From an uncultured Verrucomicrobiae bacterium (lineage in GTDB: Bacteria; Verrucomicrobiota; Verrucomicrobiia; Chthoniobacterales; UBA10450): DNA of 64,000 bases. Under the pieces are notes generated by a model, which was given only the letters and a program-made list of their open reading frames with translations, had not been told where the DNA came from and made no database searches. Made by a program: the position numbers and the translations under genes. The stretch covers positions 256,001 to 320,000 of the forward strand of contig CAWFGO010000002.1 of assembly GCA_963815455.1 (NCBI GenBank), written 5' to 3'. Every line of letters begins with the position of its first letter. The stretch's first letter is position 1. Below are positions 11,278-20,721 of the stretch, piece after piece.

Positions 11278-11557
11278 TGCTCATGCTCGTAATCGAAATT
11301 TAACCGCGGATTGCGCGGATTTCACGGATCAATCAGCACATTGAACGCCAACTCCTGTAGCGGCGGTCTCCGACCGCCGATTCGAGCAGGAGCAGGACGG
11401 AAAGAGACTTGCCAGAACGCGTGGTCTGCAGAAGAGTTCGTACGCATCACACGCTCGGGTGGTGGAATGGCCCGCCTTCGCCAAGGCTACGGCGCGGCAG
11501 AAGAACTTGAAAGCGGTTGCAGGTCAAGATCGATAATTTACCTTAAGCGACTTACAC

Positions 11558-11641
11558 GCTCGGGTGGTGGAATGGCAGACACGTACGTTTGAGGGGCGTA
11601 TGCCGAAAGGCATGCGGGTTCAAGTCCCGCCCCGAGCACCA
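11558..11641 (+). tRNA. tRNA-Leu(GAG)
   Basis: GCTCGGG/CCCGAGC acceptor stem; TACGT-TTGAGGG-GCGTA anticodon arm; long variable arm; GGTTCAAGTCC T-arm; encoded CCA. Confidence 0.95.
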
Positions 11642-11882
11642 CTGCCGCGTTCCGCGGCGGAAATCCCAAATCCCAACCTCCAACCTCCAAGCAGCTTCGA
11701 GCAGCCCGCCGGCGCAGATCGCGGTCTTCTCCGAAACACATCGGCAGGCTGCCGATGCCACAACCAGAATTTCCTTCGTTACCTTCGTTTCCTTCTGTAA
11801 AAAGCAGTCCGGTTCGCAGATTCGCGCATCCGTCGATGTTTGATTGAAACCTGGCGCCGAACCATCGATTATCGGCGCCGCA

Positions 11883-12653
11883 ATGAAATCCAAGGCCGAC
11901 ATCGTGGCCAATTGGCTGCCCCGCTATACCGGCACCGCCGCGAAAGATTTTTCCAAATATGTGCTGTTGGTGAATTTCACCAACTACGTGGCCCGGTTCG
12001 CCCAGTGGCATAAGGTCCAGGTGCGCGGAATGGATCGACCGATGCCGAATGCCACCGCTAACGGAATCACCATCCTCAACTTCGGGATGGGCAGCGCCGG
12101 CGCCGCCACCGTGATGGACCTGCTCAGTGCGGTCCGGCCCAAGGCCGTGTTGTTGCTTGGAAAATGCGGCGGGTTAAAACGAAAGAACAAGCTGGGCGAT
12201 CTTATTCTTCCCATTGCCGCCATTCGCGGAGAGGGCGCATCGAACGATTATTTTCCACCGGAAGTTCCCGCTCTCCCAGCCTTCTCACTGCAAAAAGCCA
12301 TTTCCACCACGATCCGGAATTACGGGCGTGATTATTGGACAGGCACGATTTACACGACCAATCGCCGGGTATGGGAACACGACGAAGCGTTCAAGAAGTA
12401 TCTGGCCAAGATTCGATGCATGGGGATCGACATGGAAACGGCAACGATCTTCACCACCGGTTTCCACAACGAAATCCCGTCCGGCGCGCTTCTCCTGGTA
12501 TCGGACCAGCCGATGGTGCCGGAGGGCGTGAAAACAGCGGCCAGCGACGAAATGGTGACGCGCAAGTTCATGGATGTTCATTTGCGAATCGGGATCGATT
12601 CGCTTCGCGAGCTGATCAATCACGGCCAGACGGTTAAGCATTTGCGGTTTTAG
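11883..12653 (+). CDS. amn: AMP nucleosidase (short PNP/UDP-family form)
   Basis: NWLPRYTG, NFGMGS, LGKCGGLK, AIRGEG, TTNRRVWEHD, IDMETAT, LLLVSDQP. Confidence 0.9.
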   Translation: MKSKADIVANWLPRYTGTAAKDFSKYVLLVNFTNYVARFAQWHKVQVRGMDRPMPNATANGITILNFGMGSAGAATVMDLLSAVRPKAVLLLGKCGGLKRKNKLGDLILPIAAIRGEGASNDYFPPEVPALPAFSLQKAISTTIRNYGRDYWTGTIYTTNRRVWEHDEAFKKYLAKIRCMGIDMETATIFTTGFHNEIPSGALLLVSDQPMVPEGVKTAASDEMVTRKFMDVHLRIGIDSLRELINHGQTVKHLRF

Positions 12654-12682
12654 GACCCAGCTTCAACGCCCATTCGCTCCGA

Positions 12683-12800
12683 GGTGGAACGCGATCTCCG
12701 AGCGCGCCTGCCACGGCGTAGCCTGGACGAATGCGGGTTGTTATCTAAATGCGGCTTCGCCGCCTGACTTTAGCATCGAGCCCGGAGGTCTCGATCCACC
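12683..12800. repeat. GGTGGA...TCCACC palindromic element carrying a nested 31-bp insertion; uninterrupted homologue at 28962-29047
   Basis: Direct alignment of the two copies. Confidence 0.85.
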
Positions 12801-12868
12801 TTCTGTTGCCAGTGCCTTCGTTAACTTCGTTACCTTCGTTACCTTCTGTTCGAAACAGACCGGTTCGA

Positions 12869-15800
12869 TTAACCCTGTTTCCAGCCATTCCCGTTTCCGT
12901 CGGGCGCAATCGCAGGAACGAGCTCCGGAGTAGCATCGACATCTTCGTCGACTCCCTCCACATCCGCATCCATCAACGATCCTTCGTGATGCGTTTTGGC
13001 GATGAGCATGTAGAGCGAAGGCACGATAAACAACGTGAAGATCGTCCCGATTGTCATCCCTCCCACCAGAACAAGACCGATCGAGTTTCGCGCCGCCGCG
13101 CCCGCGCCGCTCACCATTGTAAGTGGAAAGTGACCGGCCACGGTTGCTACGCTGGTCATCATGATTGGCCGCAAACGAATCCGGGCCGCTTGGGCGACCG
13201 CGTCGAGTTTGCTGAGGCCCTGTCGTTGGAGCTCATTCGCGAATTGCACGATGAGGATTCCGTTCTTGGAAACGAGACCCACCAGGGTAACCAAGCCGAC
13301 CTGCGAATAAATGTTGAGCGTCGTCGTCCAGCCGTTTGTAAAAAACGGCATCGGCGCGGGCATTTTCAAGAACGTGAACAGAAGCGCGCCAAACATTGCC
13401 AGCGGAACGGAGCCGAGCAGGATGATAAACGGATCGCGAAAACTGTTGAACTGGGCGGCCAGGACCAAAAAGATCAACACCACGGCAAGCGCAAACGCGG
13501 GCAGGAATTTGTTTCCTTCGGTCCGCAGTTGACGGGAGTCGCCCGTGTAATCGAGCACGTAACCTTTGGGCAGGATCTTGTGCGCTTCGTCCTCCAGAAA
13601 CTTGAGGGCGGTGTCGAGTGGTTGCCCGGAGACTCCACTAATCGTAACGGCGTTCAGTTGCTGCATGCGATTGAGCGATCGCGCGACCGTCTTTCGCCTT
13701 AAAGTCGCCACCGTGCTCAGCGGAACCAACTGATTGTTCGGCCCCGTCACGTAAATGTCCTTCAATTGCTCCGGATTGAGACGATCCACCCGTTTAATCT
13801 GCGGAATCACCTTGTAACTCCGCCCTTCGATGTTGAAACGATTCACGAAATTGCCGCCGATGCTGGCAGCCAGATCAGCCCCCACCTGTTGCATATCGAG
13901 TCCAAGCGCCGCCACTTTGTCGTGATCGAACACGATTTCGGTTTGCGGTTGATCGATCTTGGTATCGATCTGGGGCGGGAAAAAGAACATGCCGCTCTTC
14001 ATCGCTTTCAATTGAATCTGCTTGGCGAACTCCAAAATGCGCTGCGGATCCGCGGTCGATGCAATGACAAAGCTCACCGGGAAACTGTCTCCGCCGGGCA
14101 ACGCGGAGGGCATCACCGGAAACATTTGAATGCCCGGAATGGCAGAGAGTTTTTTCTGCACGACCGGCAGATATGCCGATGTCTTCGTCGTGCGCACACC
14201 CCACGGCTTCAACACCATGCCTCCAAAACCGCCGTCCGGATTGGTGATTTGAAATGTGAAGCGCGTGTCGGGGATGCTAAGGAAGACTTTCCCGGCTGCG
14301 TCGGCATAACGAATGGTGTCGTCGATCGTTGCATTCGCCGGCGCGGTCATGATGCCAAAGATAACGCCCTGATCTTCAGTCGGAGCCGGTTCGCTCGGCG
14401 ACATTTTATAGAACAACACTGCCAGGATCGACAATCCGATCCATACCGTGTAAACCGCCGGGCGCGCCGCCAACGTGCGATCGAGATGGCTGCCGTACCA
14501 ATCACGGAACCGGTCGAAGGTGCGATTGACGAAACCGCTAAAGCCATGGTCGACGTGCTCGGTCCGCAGCAGATGGGCCGACATCATGGGCGAAAGCGTC
14601 AGCGCGACTACACCGGAAATGAAAACGGCTCCGGCGAGAGTCAGAGCAAATTCGCGGAAGAGCGCACCCGTTAGTCCACCTTGCAAAGCGATTGGCGTAT
14701 ACACCGCCGCCAACGTGATCGTCATTGCGATAATCGGTCCGATTAATTCTCGCGCGCCTTTCAGCGCGGCGTTCATGCGCGTCATCCCTTCGCGAATGTG
14801 TCGCTCGACGTTCTCCACCACCACGATCGCATCGTCCACCACCAATCCGACCGAGAGCACAATGGCCAGCAGCGTTAGCAGATTCAGCGTGAATCCAAAG
14901 ACCTGCATGAGAAACAGCGCGCCGATCAGCGAGATCGGAATCGCCACGACCGGGACGACCACAGAGCGGAACGATCCCAGGAACAGGAAGATTACGATCA
15001 TCACGATGACCAGCGTGTCGATCAAAGTTTTTACAACCTCGTGGATCGCGTCGTTGATGTAGGCGGTGGCGTCGTAGGCGATCTGCCCCTTCATGCCGGT
15101 GGGCAATTCCTTTTGGATTTGCTCCATCTCCGCGCGAACCCGCTTGATCACGTCGATCGAGTTCGCGTTGGGCAATACCCAGATGCCCATGAATACGGCT
15201 TTCTGGCCGGAGAACCGGACCTCCGTGTTGTAATCTTCCGCGCCCAGAACGATGTCGGCGATATCGCTGAGTCGGACCAGATTTCCGTTCTCCCGACGAA
15301 TAACAAGTTTCTTGAAGTCATCCGCCGTGTGCAGATCGGTGTTGGCGGTCAGATTGACCTGAAGCAACGAACCTTTGGTGCTGCCGACCGCTGCCAGATA
15401 ATTGTTTCGAGCCAGCGCGCTCCGCACCTGCGCCGGACTCACATTCAATGCCGCCATCCGGTCCGGCTTCATCCAGATTCGCATGGCAAATGTGCGCCCG
15501 CCCAGGATGTCGGCCTTTTGCACGCCGCCGAGCGCAGTCAGCCGCGGCTGGACCAGGCGAACGAGATAATCTGTCACTTCGTTAGGCTGAAGAATGTCCG
15601 ATGTGAAACTCAAATATGCCGACGCGAACCGCGAGTCGGCCGCCTCGATGTTGATCACTGGAATTTCCGACTCCGGGGGCAGATCGCGCCGGATCGCATC
15701 CACTTTCGAACTGATGTCCGACAACGCCTTGTTGGCGTCGTAATTTAGTTTCAGACGAGCCGTGATCGTCGAAACACTCTGAGAGCTCTGCGATTGGATG

Positions 15801-16039
15801 TAATCGATTCCGTCCGCCGCAGCGATGGCGCGTTCCAGCGGTGTGGTAATAAATCCCCGAACCAGTTCCGCATCGGCGCCGACATAAACCGTCTTCACCG
15901 TGATGGCGGCGATGTCGCTGCGGGGATATTGCCGCACATTCAGGCTCTTCATCGCCTGCAACCCGGCAATCAGGATCACGAAGCTGACCACCATGGCCAG
16001 CACCGGGCGGCGAATGAAAAGATCGGTAAAAGATTTCAT
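12869..16039 (-). CDS. RND efflux transporter permease (AcrB/MexF family)
   Basis: FIRRPVLA start, GLVVDDAIVVVEN, KNGILIV, RLRPIMMTS. Confidence 0.95.
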   Translation of the reverse strand: MKSFTDLFIRRPVLAMVVSFVILIAGLQAMKSLNVRQYPRSDIAAITVKTVYVGADAELVRGFITTPLERAIAAADGIDYIQSQSSQSVSTITARLKLNYDANKALSDISSKVDAIRRDLPPESEIPVINIEAADSRFASAYLSFTSDILQPNEVTDYLVRLVQPRLTALGGVQKADILGGRTFAMRIWMKPDRMAALNVSPAQVRSALARNNYLAAVGSTKGSLLQVNLTANTDLHTADDFKKLVIRRENGNLVRLSDIADIVLGAEDYNTEVRFSGQKAVFMGIWVLPNANSIDVIKRVRAEMEQIQKELPTGMKGQIAYDATAYINDAIHEVVKTLIDTLVIVMIVIFLFLGSFRSVVVPVVAIPISLIGALFLMQVFGFTLNLLTLLAIVLSVGLVVDDAIVVVENVERHIREGMTRMNAALKGARELIGPIIAMTITLAAVYTPIALQGGLTGALFREFALTLAGAVFISGVVALTLSPMMSAHLLRTEHVDHGFSGFVNRTFDRFRDWYGSHLDRTLAARPAVYTVWIGLSILAVLFYKMSPSEPAPTEDQGVIFGIMTAPANATIDDTIRYADAAGKVFLSIPDTRFTFQITNPDGGFGGMVLKPWGVRTTKTSAYLPVVQKKLSAIPGIQMFPVMPSALPGGDSFPVSFVIASTADPQRILEFAKQIQLKAMKSGMFFFPPQIDTKIDQPQTEIVFDHDKVAALGLDMQQVGADLAASIGGNFVNRFNIEGRSYKVIPQIKRVDRLNPEQLKDIYVTGPNNQLVPLSTVATLRRKTVARSLNRMQQLNAVTISGVSGQPLDTALKFLEDEAHKILPKGYVLDYTGDSRQLRTEGNKFLPAFALAVVLIFLVLAAQFNSFRDPFIILLGSVPLAMFGALLFTFLKMPAPMPFFTNGWTTTLNIYSQVGLVTLVGLVSKNGILIVQFANELQRQGLSKLDAVAQAARIRLRPIMMTSVATVAGHFPLTMVSGAGAAARNSIGLVLVGGMTIGTIFTLFIVPSLYMLIAKTHHEGSLMDADVEGVDEDVDATPELVPAIAPDGNGNGWKQG

Positions 16040-16147
16040 GTCGATCTTGGTGTGGCATCGGCATCTTGCCGATGAGGACATGCGCTGGAAGCGCATGCCG
16101 CTTCAGTCATTGTTTCGTCCTTCGTCATTCGTGCTTCGGGATTCACC

Positions 16148-17320
16148 TTATGAATCGACCGGCGTCGGATTCAGCTGAGGTTTGGGCGCGAGTTTGTTAT
16201 CGATCGTCACGGCCATCCCATTTCGCAGCTTGAAAACGCCCGTGCCGACGATTGTCTCCCCGGCTTTCAACCCTTGAGTGATTGAAACAAAATCGCCGCG
16301 AGCATCGCCCACGCGAACAAATTGCTGACGCAGTACCTGCGTTTCCTTGCCGGTCTTATCGTCCTTCTTCTTCTCGATTACATAAACGGAATCACCAAAC
16401 GGAGCGTAGGAAACCGCGCTTCCCGGGATAACCAGTGTCCGATTTTTCTCGGGCAGAATCACTTCTACTTTGGCAAACATTCCCGGACGCAGCGAGCGAT
16501 CGTGGTTTTCCAAAGTGGCCTGGACCGAAACATTTCGGGTGGCCATGTCCACCATCGAATTGATCGCGGTCAATTTCCCTTTGAACTCGCGACCCGACAG
16601 CGCATCGGTCCGCACTCGCACTTCCAATCCCTGCTCCAGTTGCGATAGATGCTGTTGCGGCAAAGCGAAATCGACATAAACCGGATCGAGCATTTGCAAC
16701 GGGACCACACGCTGTCCGGCGTTGATCATCTGGCCCACATTCACTTCGCGAATCCCAAGTTGTCCATCAAAAGGGGCATGCACTTCTTTTTTCACGATCA
16801 TCGAACGCATCTGATCGACCGTGGCTGCTTTTTGCTTGAACTTCGATTCCGCGGCATCGAGCTCGGCTTTCGAAATCACTTTGCGTGCCGCCAAATCGCG
16901 GGATCGATCCAAATCCTTCCGCGCTAATTCCACGTCGGCCTCGGCCGAATGCAATTGCGCTTCCTCCGCCGAAGCATCGAGCTTCATCAGGACGTCGCCC
17001 TTTTTTGCGGTGCCACCATTTTCGAAGTCAATCTCGCTAACAACTCCGGCGAGCTCGGCCGAAACCACCGCACCCTGCACCGCCGAAATACTGCCTACCG
17101 ACGAGAGCACCGGCGCCCAATCCTCTTCCTTGACCACCGCGCTGGTCACCGTTTCCACCTGAGCCGGTTGCGGCGCCCTGACCATGGTAACGATTTGAAG
17201 CGCCTTAATACTCACCACAAATAGAAAGATCCCGCCCAGGATCCACACGGCGATCCAGATCGGTCTCCGCTTCGATTTCACTTTGCCTTCCATTGAAACT
17301 TTTTTTGCCACGTCATGCAT
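16148..17320 (-). CDS. RND efflux periplasmic adaptor (membrane fusion protein)
   Basis: N-terminal TM helix, lipoyl/hairpin motifs (APFDGQLG, LRPGMFA); adjacent to the RND gene. Confidence 0.92.
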   Translation of the reverse strand: MHDVAKKVSMEGKVKSKRRPIWIAVWILGGIFLFVVSIKALQIVTMVRAPQPAQVETVTSAVVKEEDWAPVLSSVGSISAVQGAVVSAELAGVVSEIDFENGGTAKKGDVLMKLDASAEEAQLHSAEADVELARKDLDRSRDLAARKVISKAELDAAESKFKQKAATVDQMRSMIVKKEVHAPFDGQLGIREVNVGQMINAGQRVVPLQMLDPVYVDFALPQQHLSQLEQGLEVRVRTDALSGREFKGKLTAINSMVDMATRNVSVQATLENHDRSLRPGMFAKVEVILPEKNRTLVIPGSAVSYAPFGDSVYVIEKKKDDKTGKETQVLRQQFVRVGDARGDFVSITQGLKAGETIVGTGVFKLRNGMAVTIDNKLAPKPQLNPTPVDS

Positions 17321-17942
17321 AAGCTGGTTCGGTCTCCGGTTTGGACAACAATCGCCACAAACGCCGTGTTACTTCGAGTTGGCGGGTGCGCCGTTCCGCT
17401 GCCGTCATTTCCTGCGGTCGCAAGACATCCATCATCAACATCCCGCGAGCGACGGCGAAAACCAGTTCGGCCAGTTCGCCGGGCGTCAGACCATGCAACG
17501 CCTTTTGCGATTCCGGCGCGCGTTCGATCAAGTCGGCCACCCCATCCATTGCCGTGGTCAAAACGTCCCGGACCAGGTCGGCTACATGCGGATTTCGCGA
17601 CGCTTCGGCGTAAAGATCGACAACGAACGCCGAAACCAGGCGCGGCTCGTTCTCGCAACAATGCGCTGTGAACAAAATCTCCAGCGATTCGAGCAACGTC
17701 GGGGCTTGCCGGGCGCGCTCCAGCATTTCCTGGATCTCATTCTTATGCCGATCCGCCATTGCGGAAATGACCGCTTCCTTGTTTTCGAAATAGCGATAGA
17801 TCAGACCCACGCTAATCCCTGCTTCAGCGCTGATATCGTGCATGCTGGTCTGGTGAAACCCGCGCTTGGCAAAGCAGACCAAAGCAGCTTCCAGAATCTG
17901 GGTTCTGCGATCCACGCCTGGGTCTATTTGGGTCTGGGACAT
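17313..17942 (-). CDS. TetR/AcrR family transcriptional regulator
   Basis: ILEAALVCFAKRGFHQTSMHDISAEAGISVGLIYRYFENKE HTH. Confidence 0.93.
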   Translation of the reverse strand: MSQTQIDPGVDRRTQILEAALVCFAKRGFHQTSMHDISAEAGISVGLIYRYFENKEAVISAMADRHKNEIQEMLERARQAPTLLESLEILFTAHCCENEPRLVSAFVVDLYAEASRNPHVADLVRDVLTTAMDGVADLIERAPESQKALHGLTPGELAELVFAVARGMLMMDVLRPQEMTAAERRTRQLEVTRRLWRLLSKPETEPAYA

Positions 17943-17954
17943 CGGGTTTCCAAG

Positions 17955-17980
17955 ATGAATGAACGTTCATTCATTGTCAA
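17955..17980 (-). promoter_or_regulatory. TetR operator palindrome overlapping a sigma70 promoter
   Basis: Perfect 20-bp palindrome ATGAATGAACGTTCATTCAT (17955-17974) next to minus-strand TTGACA (17975-17980). Confidence 0.8.
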
Positions 17981-17995
17981 ATCTCCCTGTCTACC

Positions 17996-18072
17996 GGTAG
18001 GGCGACGCTCTGCGGAGCCGTCGAATCTCAGCTTCCACAGGTTTCGTCGGCTCGACGGAGTCTCGCCCTACC
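17996..18072. repeat. GTAG-family REP pair (REPIN-like)
   Basis: GGTAGGGCGA...TCGCCCTACC inverted ends. Confidence 0.8.
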
Positions 18073-18157
18073 AATTCTTCAACATTGAACGTTGGACGTT
18101 GAGCGCCCGCCACGCCGTAGCCTTGCGGAGGCGGGTTGGGCGTTGGACGTTTGCCGT

Positions 18158-19123
18158 GTGAAGTCGCGCCAGCTCATCCCCTTATTAGAGTCCGGCAGTC
18201 TCGTTCGCGATTTCCGGCCGGCATGGTCCTATCTCATCGGCGTTTCCGGCGGACGCGATTCGGTCGCGCTACTTCATCACCTTGTCGATCTCGGCTACAA
18301 GAAACTGGTCGTTTGCCACTTGAATCATCGCCTGCGCGGCCGATCGAGCGATACCGACGCCCGTTTCGTCCAAAAACTTGCGGCTAAATATGATGTCGAT
18401 GTTGAGTTGGGCGCGGCCAACGTCACCGCTCTGGCCAAGAAAAAAAAGATGTCGATTGAAACGGCCGCGCGGGAGGCGCGATACTCGTTCTTCGCGAAAA
18501 TCGCCAGGCGCCGGCGTTGCCGCACGATTTTTCTGGCCCATCACGCCGACGATCTTGTCGAAACGTTCCTGATTAATTTGTTCCGGGGCGCCGGGCTGAC
18601 CGGGCTTGCGGCCATGCGCGAAGTATCCACGCGTCGCGTAAACGATGTCGATCTTACGATTGCCCGCCCGCTCCTCCGTGTCTGGCGCGACGATATCGAC
18701 GCCTATGTGCGAAAACATCGCCTGAAATTTCGCGAAGACGCTTCCAACAAAAACCTCGGGCCGCTCCGGAATCGAATTCGACGTCGCATCATTCCCGATT
18801 TGGAAAAACTGCTTGGACGAAACATTCGCCAAAGTGTCTGGCGGACCGCGATCATTGCTGCCGAGGAAGAAAGCTGGATCGACAACCAATTACCCGATTC
18901 GGACGATGTCGATCTTTCGGTGAAAAGTGTGCGCGATTTGCCGGTCGCCCTCCAGCGTCGTCAAATCTTGAAATGGTTGCGCGCACGAAACGTCGCCGAT
19001 GTCGGATTTGATGTGATTGAGCTTGTTCGCTCCCTCATGGATCAACCCGCGCGCACCGCCAAGGTCAATTTGCCGCGAGACCGACATGTCCGTCGTCGCA
19101 GCGGGAAGATTTTCATCGAATGA
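18158..19123 (+). CDS. tilS: tRNA(Ile)-lysidine synthetase
   Basis: SGGRDS PP-loop, HLNHRLR, AREARY, AHHADD..ET, EDASN, RNRIR. Confidence 0.93.
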   Translation: MKSRQLIPLLESGSLVRDFRPAWSYLIGVSGGRDSVALLHHLVDLGYKKLVVCHLNHRLRGRSSDTDARFVQKLAAKYDVDVELGAANVTALAKKKKMSIETAAREARYSFFAKIARRRRCRTIFLAHHADDLVETFLINLFRGAGLTGLAAMREVSTRRVNDVDLTIARPLLRVWRDDIDAYVRKHRLKFREDASNKNLGPLRNRIRRRIIPDLEKLLGRNIRQSVWRTAIIAAEEESWIDNQLPDSDDVDLSVKSVRDLPVALQRRQILKWLRARNVADVGFDVIELVRSLMDQPARTAKVNLPRDRHVRRRSGKIFIE

Positions 19124-19127
19124 TGCT

Positions 19128-19231
19128 TGTCATCCCGAGTTGCGGCGAAAATGCCAGTCCGGCTCGGACCGAGGGACCTCATAAGCCACATCGAACATTT
19201 GCGGGATCCTTCGCTTTCGCTCAGGATGACA
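19128..19231. repeat. GTCATCC(C/T)GAG...CTC(A/G)GGATGAC palindromic element, copy 1 of 9
   Basis: Terminal inverted repeats TGTCATCCCGAG / CTCAGGATGACA. Confidence 0.9.
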
Positions 19232-19235
19232 GCGC

Positions 19236-20561
19236 ATGAGCACTGAGATCCGCGTCCGATTTGCCCCCTCGCCTACCGGCTACCTGCACATCGGCGGGGC
19301 GCGCACCGCGCTCTTCAACTGGCTTTTTGCCCGGCATCACGACGGCAAATTTGTTCTGCGAATCGAGGACACCGACCGGACGCGCAATACCGAAGAAGCG
19401 ATGGCGGCAATTTACGAAGGCCTGGACTGGCTCGGGTTGAACTGGGATGAAGGCCCGCGCGCCGGAGGAGATTTCGGTCCGTATCTGCAAAGCGAGCGCA
19501 CCGACCTTTACGAACGCTATTTGAAGAAGCTTCAGGATGCCGGGCACATTTTCGAAGACCAGGGCGCGATGCGATTTCGTTCCCCACGTGAACACGTCGT
19601 GGTCGATGACCTTGTGTGCGGGAAAATCGATTTCGATCTTAGCAACCCCGACACCCACCCTGATATGACTGTCCGGCGCCCGGACGGCTCGTGGATCTTT
19701 CATTTTGTAAATGTGATCGACGATCTCGAAATGAAGATCTCTCACGTGATCCGAGGCGAGGATCATCTCTCCAATACGCCCAAGCATATCGAGCTTTTCC
19801 GCGCCCTCGGCGCCGAGCCGCCAAACTATGCACATATCCCGCTCATTCTGAACCGGGACGGCACAAAAATGAGCAAGCGCGATGAAGGGGCCCGGGTGGA
19901 GTACTATATTAAGAAGGGCTATCTCCCGGCGGCCGTCCGCAACTATCTTTGCCTGCTCGGCTGGTCGCCCAAGGACAACCGGGAAAAGATCGACATCGAC
20001 GAAATCGTCCGGATTTTCGAGCTCAAGAATGTCCACCGCAACGCGGCGACCTTCGATCAGGCCAAATTGCATTGGCTGAATGGTGAATACGCCCGCGAGC
20101 TCAGCGACGCCGAATTATACGATCTTGCAGTCGCGCGGTTGAAATCGAGCGCTGTGAAAATCGAAAATTTTCCGGAAAACTATGTCCGCGCCGCGCTGCA
20201 AACGTGCAAGGGAAAGATCAATACGCTCGATGAATTGCCGGCGTATTGCGGATTCTATTTCACCGACGATTTCGATTACAACCCCGAAGGCGTCGCCAAA
20301 CATTTTACTGCGGAGAACAGGCCGCGGCTCAGAGCCGTTCGCGATGCGTTTGGCGCTCTGGAAAAATTCGATGCTGCCGAAATCGAAGGGACGTTGAAAG
20401 CCACCGCAGCCACACTCGGGGTGAAAGTCGGCGCGCTCGTTCATCCGACGCGGCTGGCCGTCACCGGCAGCAATGCCGGCCCGAGCCTGTATCACCTGCT
20501 CGAAGTGCTCGGGAAAGAGAAAGTGCTCGCCCGAATCGATCGCGCTCTTGCCACGTTCTGA
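19236..20561 (+). CDS. gltX: Glutamate--tRNA ligase
   Basis: RFAPSPTGYLHIGG, LRIEDTD, RGEDHLSNT, KMSKR. Confidence 0.95.
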   Translation: MSTEIRVRFAPSPTGYLHIGGARTALFNWLFARHHDGKFVLRIEDTDRTRNTEEAMAAIYEGLDWLGLNWDEGPRAGGDFGPYLQSERTDLYERYLKKLQDAGHIFEDQGAMRFRSPREHVVVDDLVCGKIDFDLSNPDTHPDMTVRRPDGSWIFHFVNVIDDLEMKISHVIRGEDHLSNTPKHIELFRALGAEPPNYAHIPLILNRDGTKMSKRDEGARVEYYIKKGYLPAAVRNYLCLLGWSPKDNREKIDIDEIVRIFELKNVHRNAATFDQAKLHWLNGEYARELSDAELYDLAVARLKSSAVKIENFPENYVRAALQTCKGKINTLDELPAYCGFYFTDDFDYNPEGVAKHFTAENRPRLRAVRDAFGALEKFDAAEIEGTLKATAATLGVKVGALVHPTRLAVTGSNAGPSLYHLLEVLGKEKVLARIDRALATF

Positions 20562-20572
20562 CACTCTCGCTC

Positions 20573-20710
20573 TGTCATCCCGAGCGAAGCGAGGGACCCC
20601 GCACTCGCATCTAGCGGGATCGAATCACACAGGGGCATGACCACGTTGCGACCCGCGAACGTTGCCCGTGCTCGCGGGATCCTTCGTCGGCTGCGCGACT
20701 CAGGATGACA
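20573..20710. repeat. GTCATCC palindromic element between convergent gltX and glnS
   Basis: TGTCATCCCGAG...CTCAGGATGACA. Confidence 0.9.
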
Positions 20711-20721
20711 AGCAGCCGCGT

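Noticed and set aside
11241..11283. TGCTCA target-site duplication around the 31-bp element
   Set aside because: The flank continues as a hexamer array (TGCTCA TGCTCG TAATCG), and other copies show no duplication.
11641..11883. Genomic island at the tRNA-Leu 3' end
   Set aside because: No integrase, and I found no second copy of the 3' end; housekeeping amn follows.
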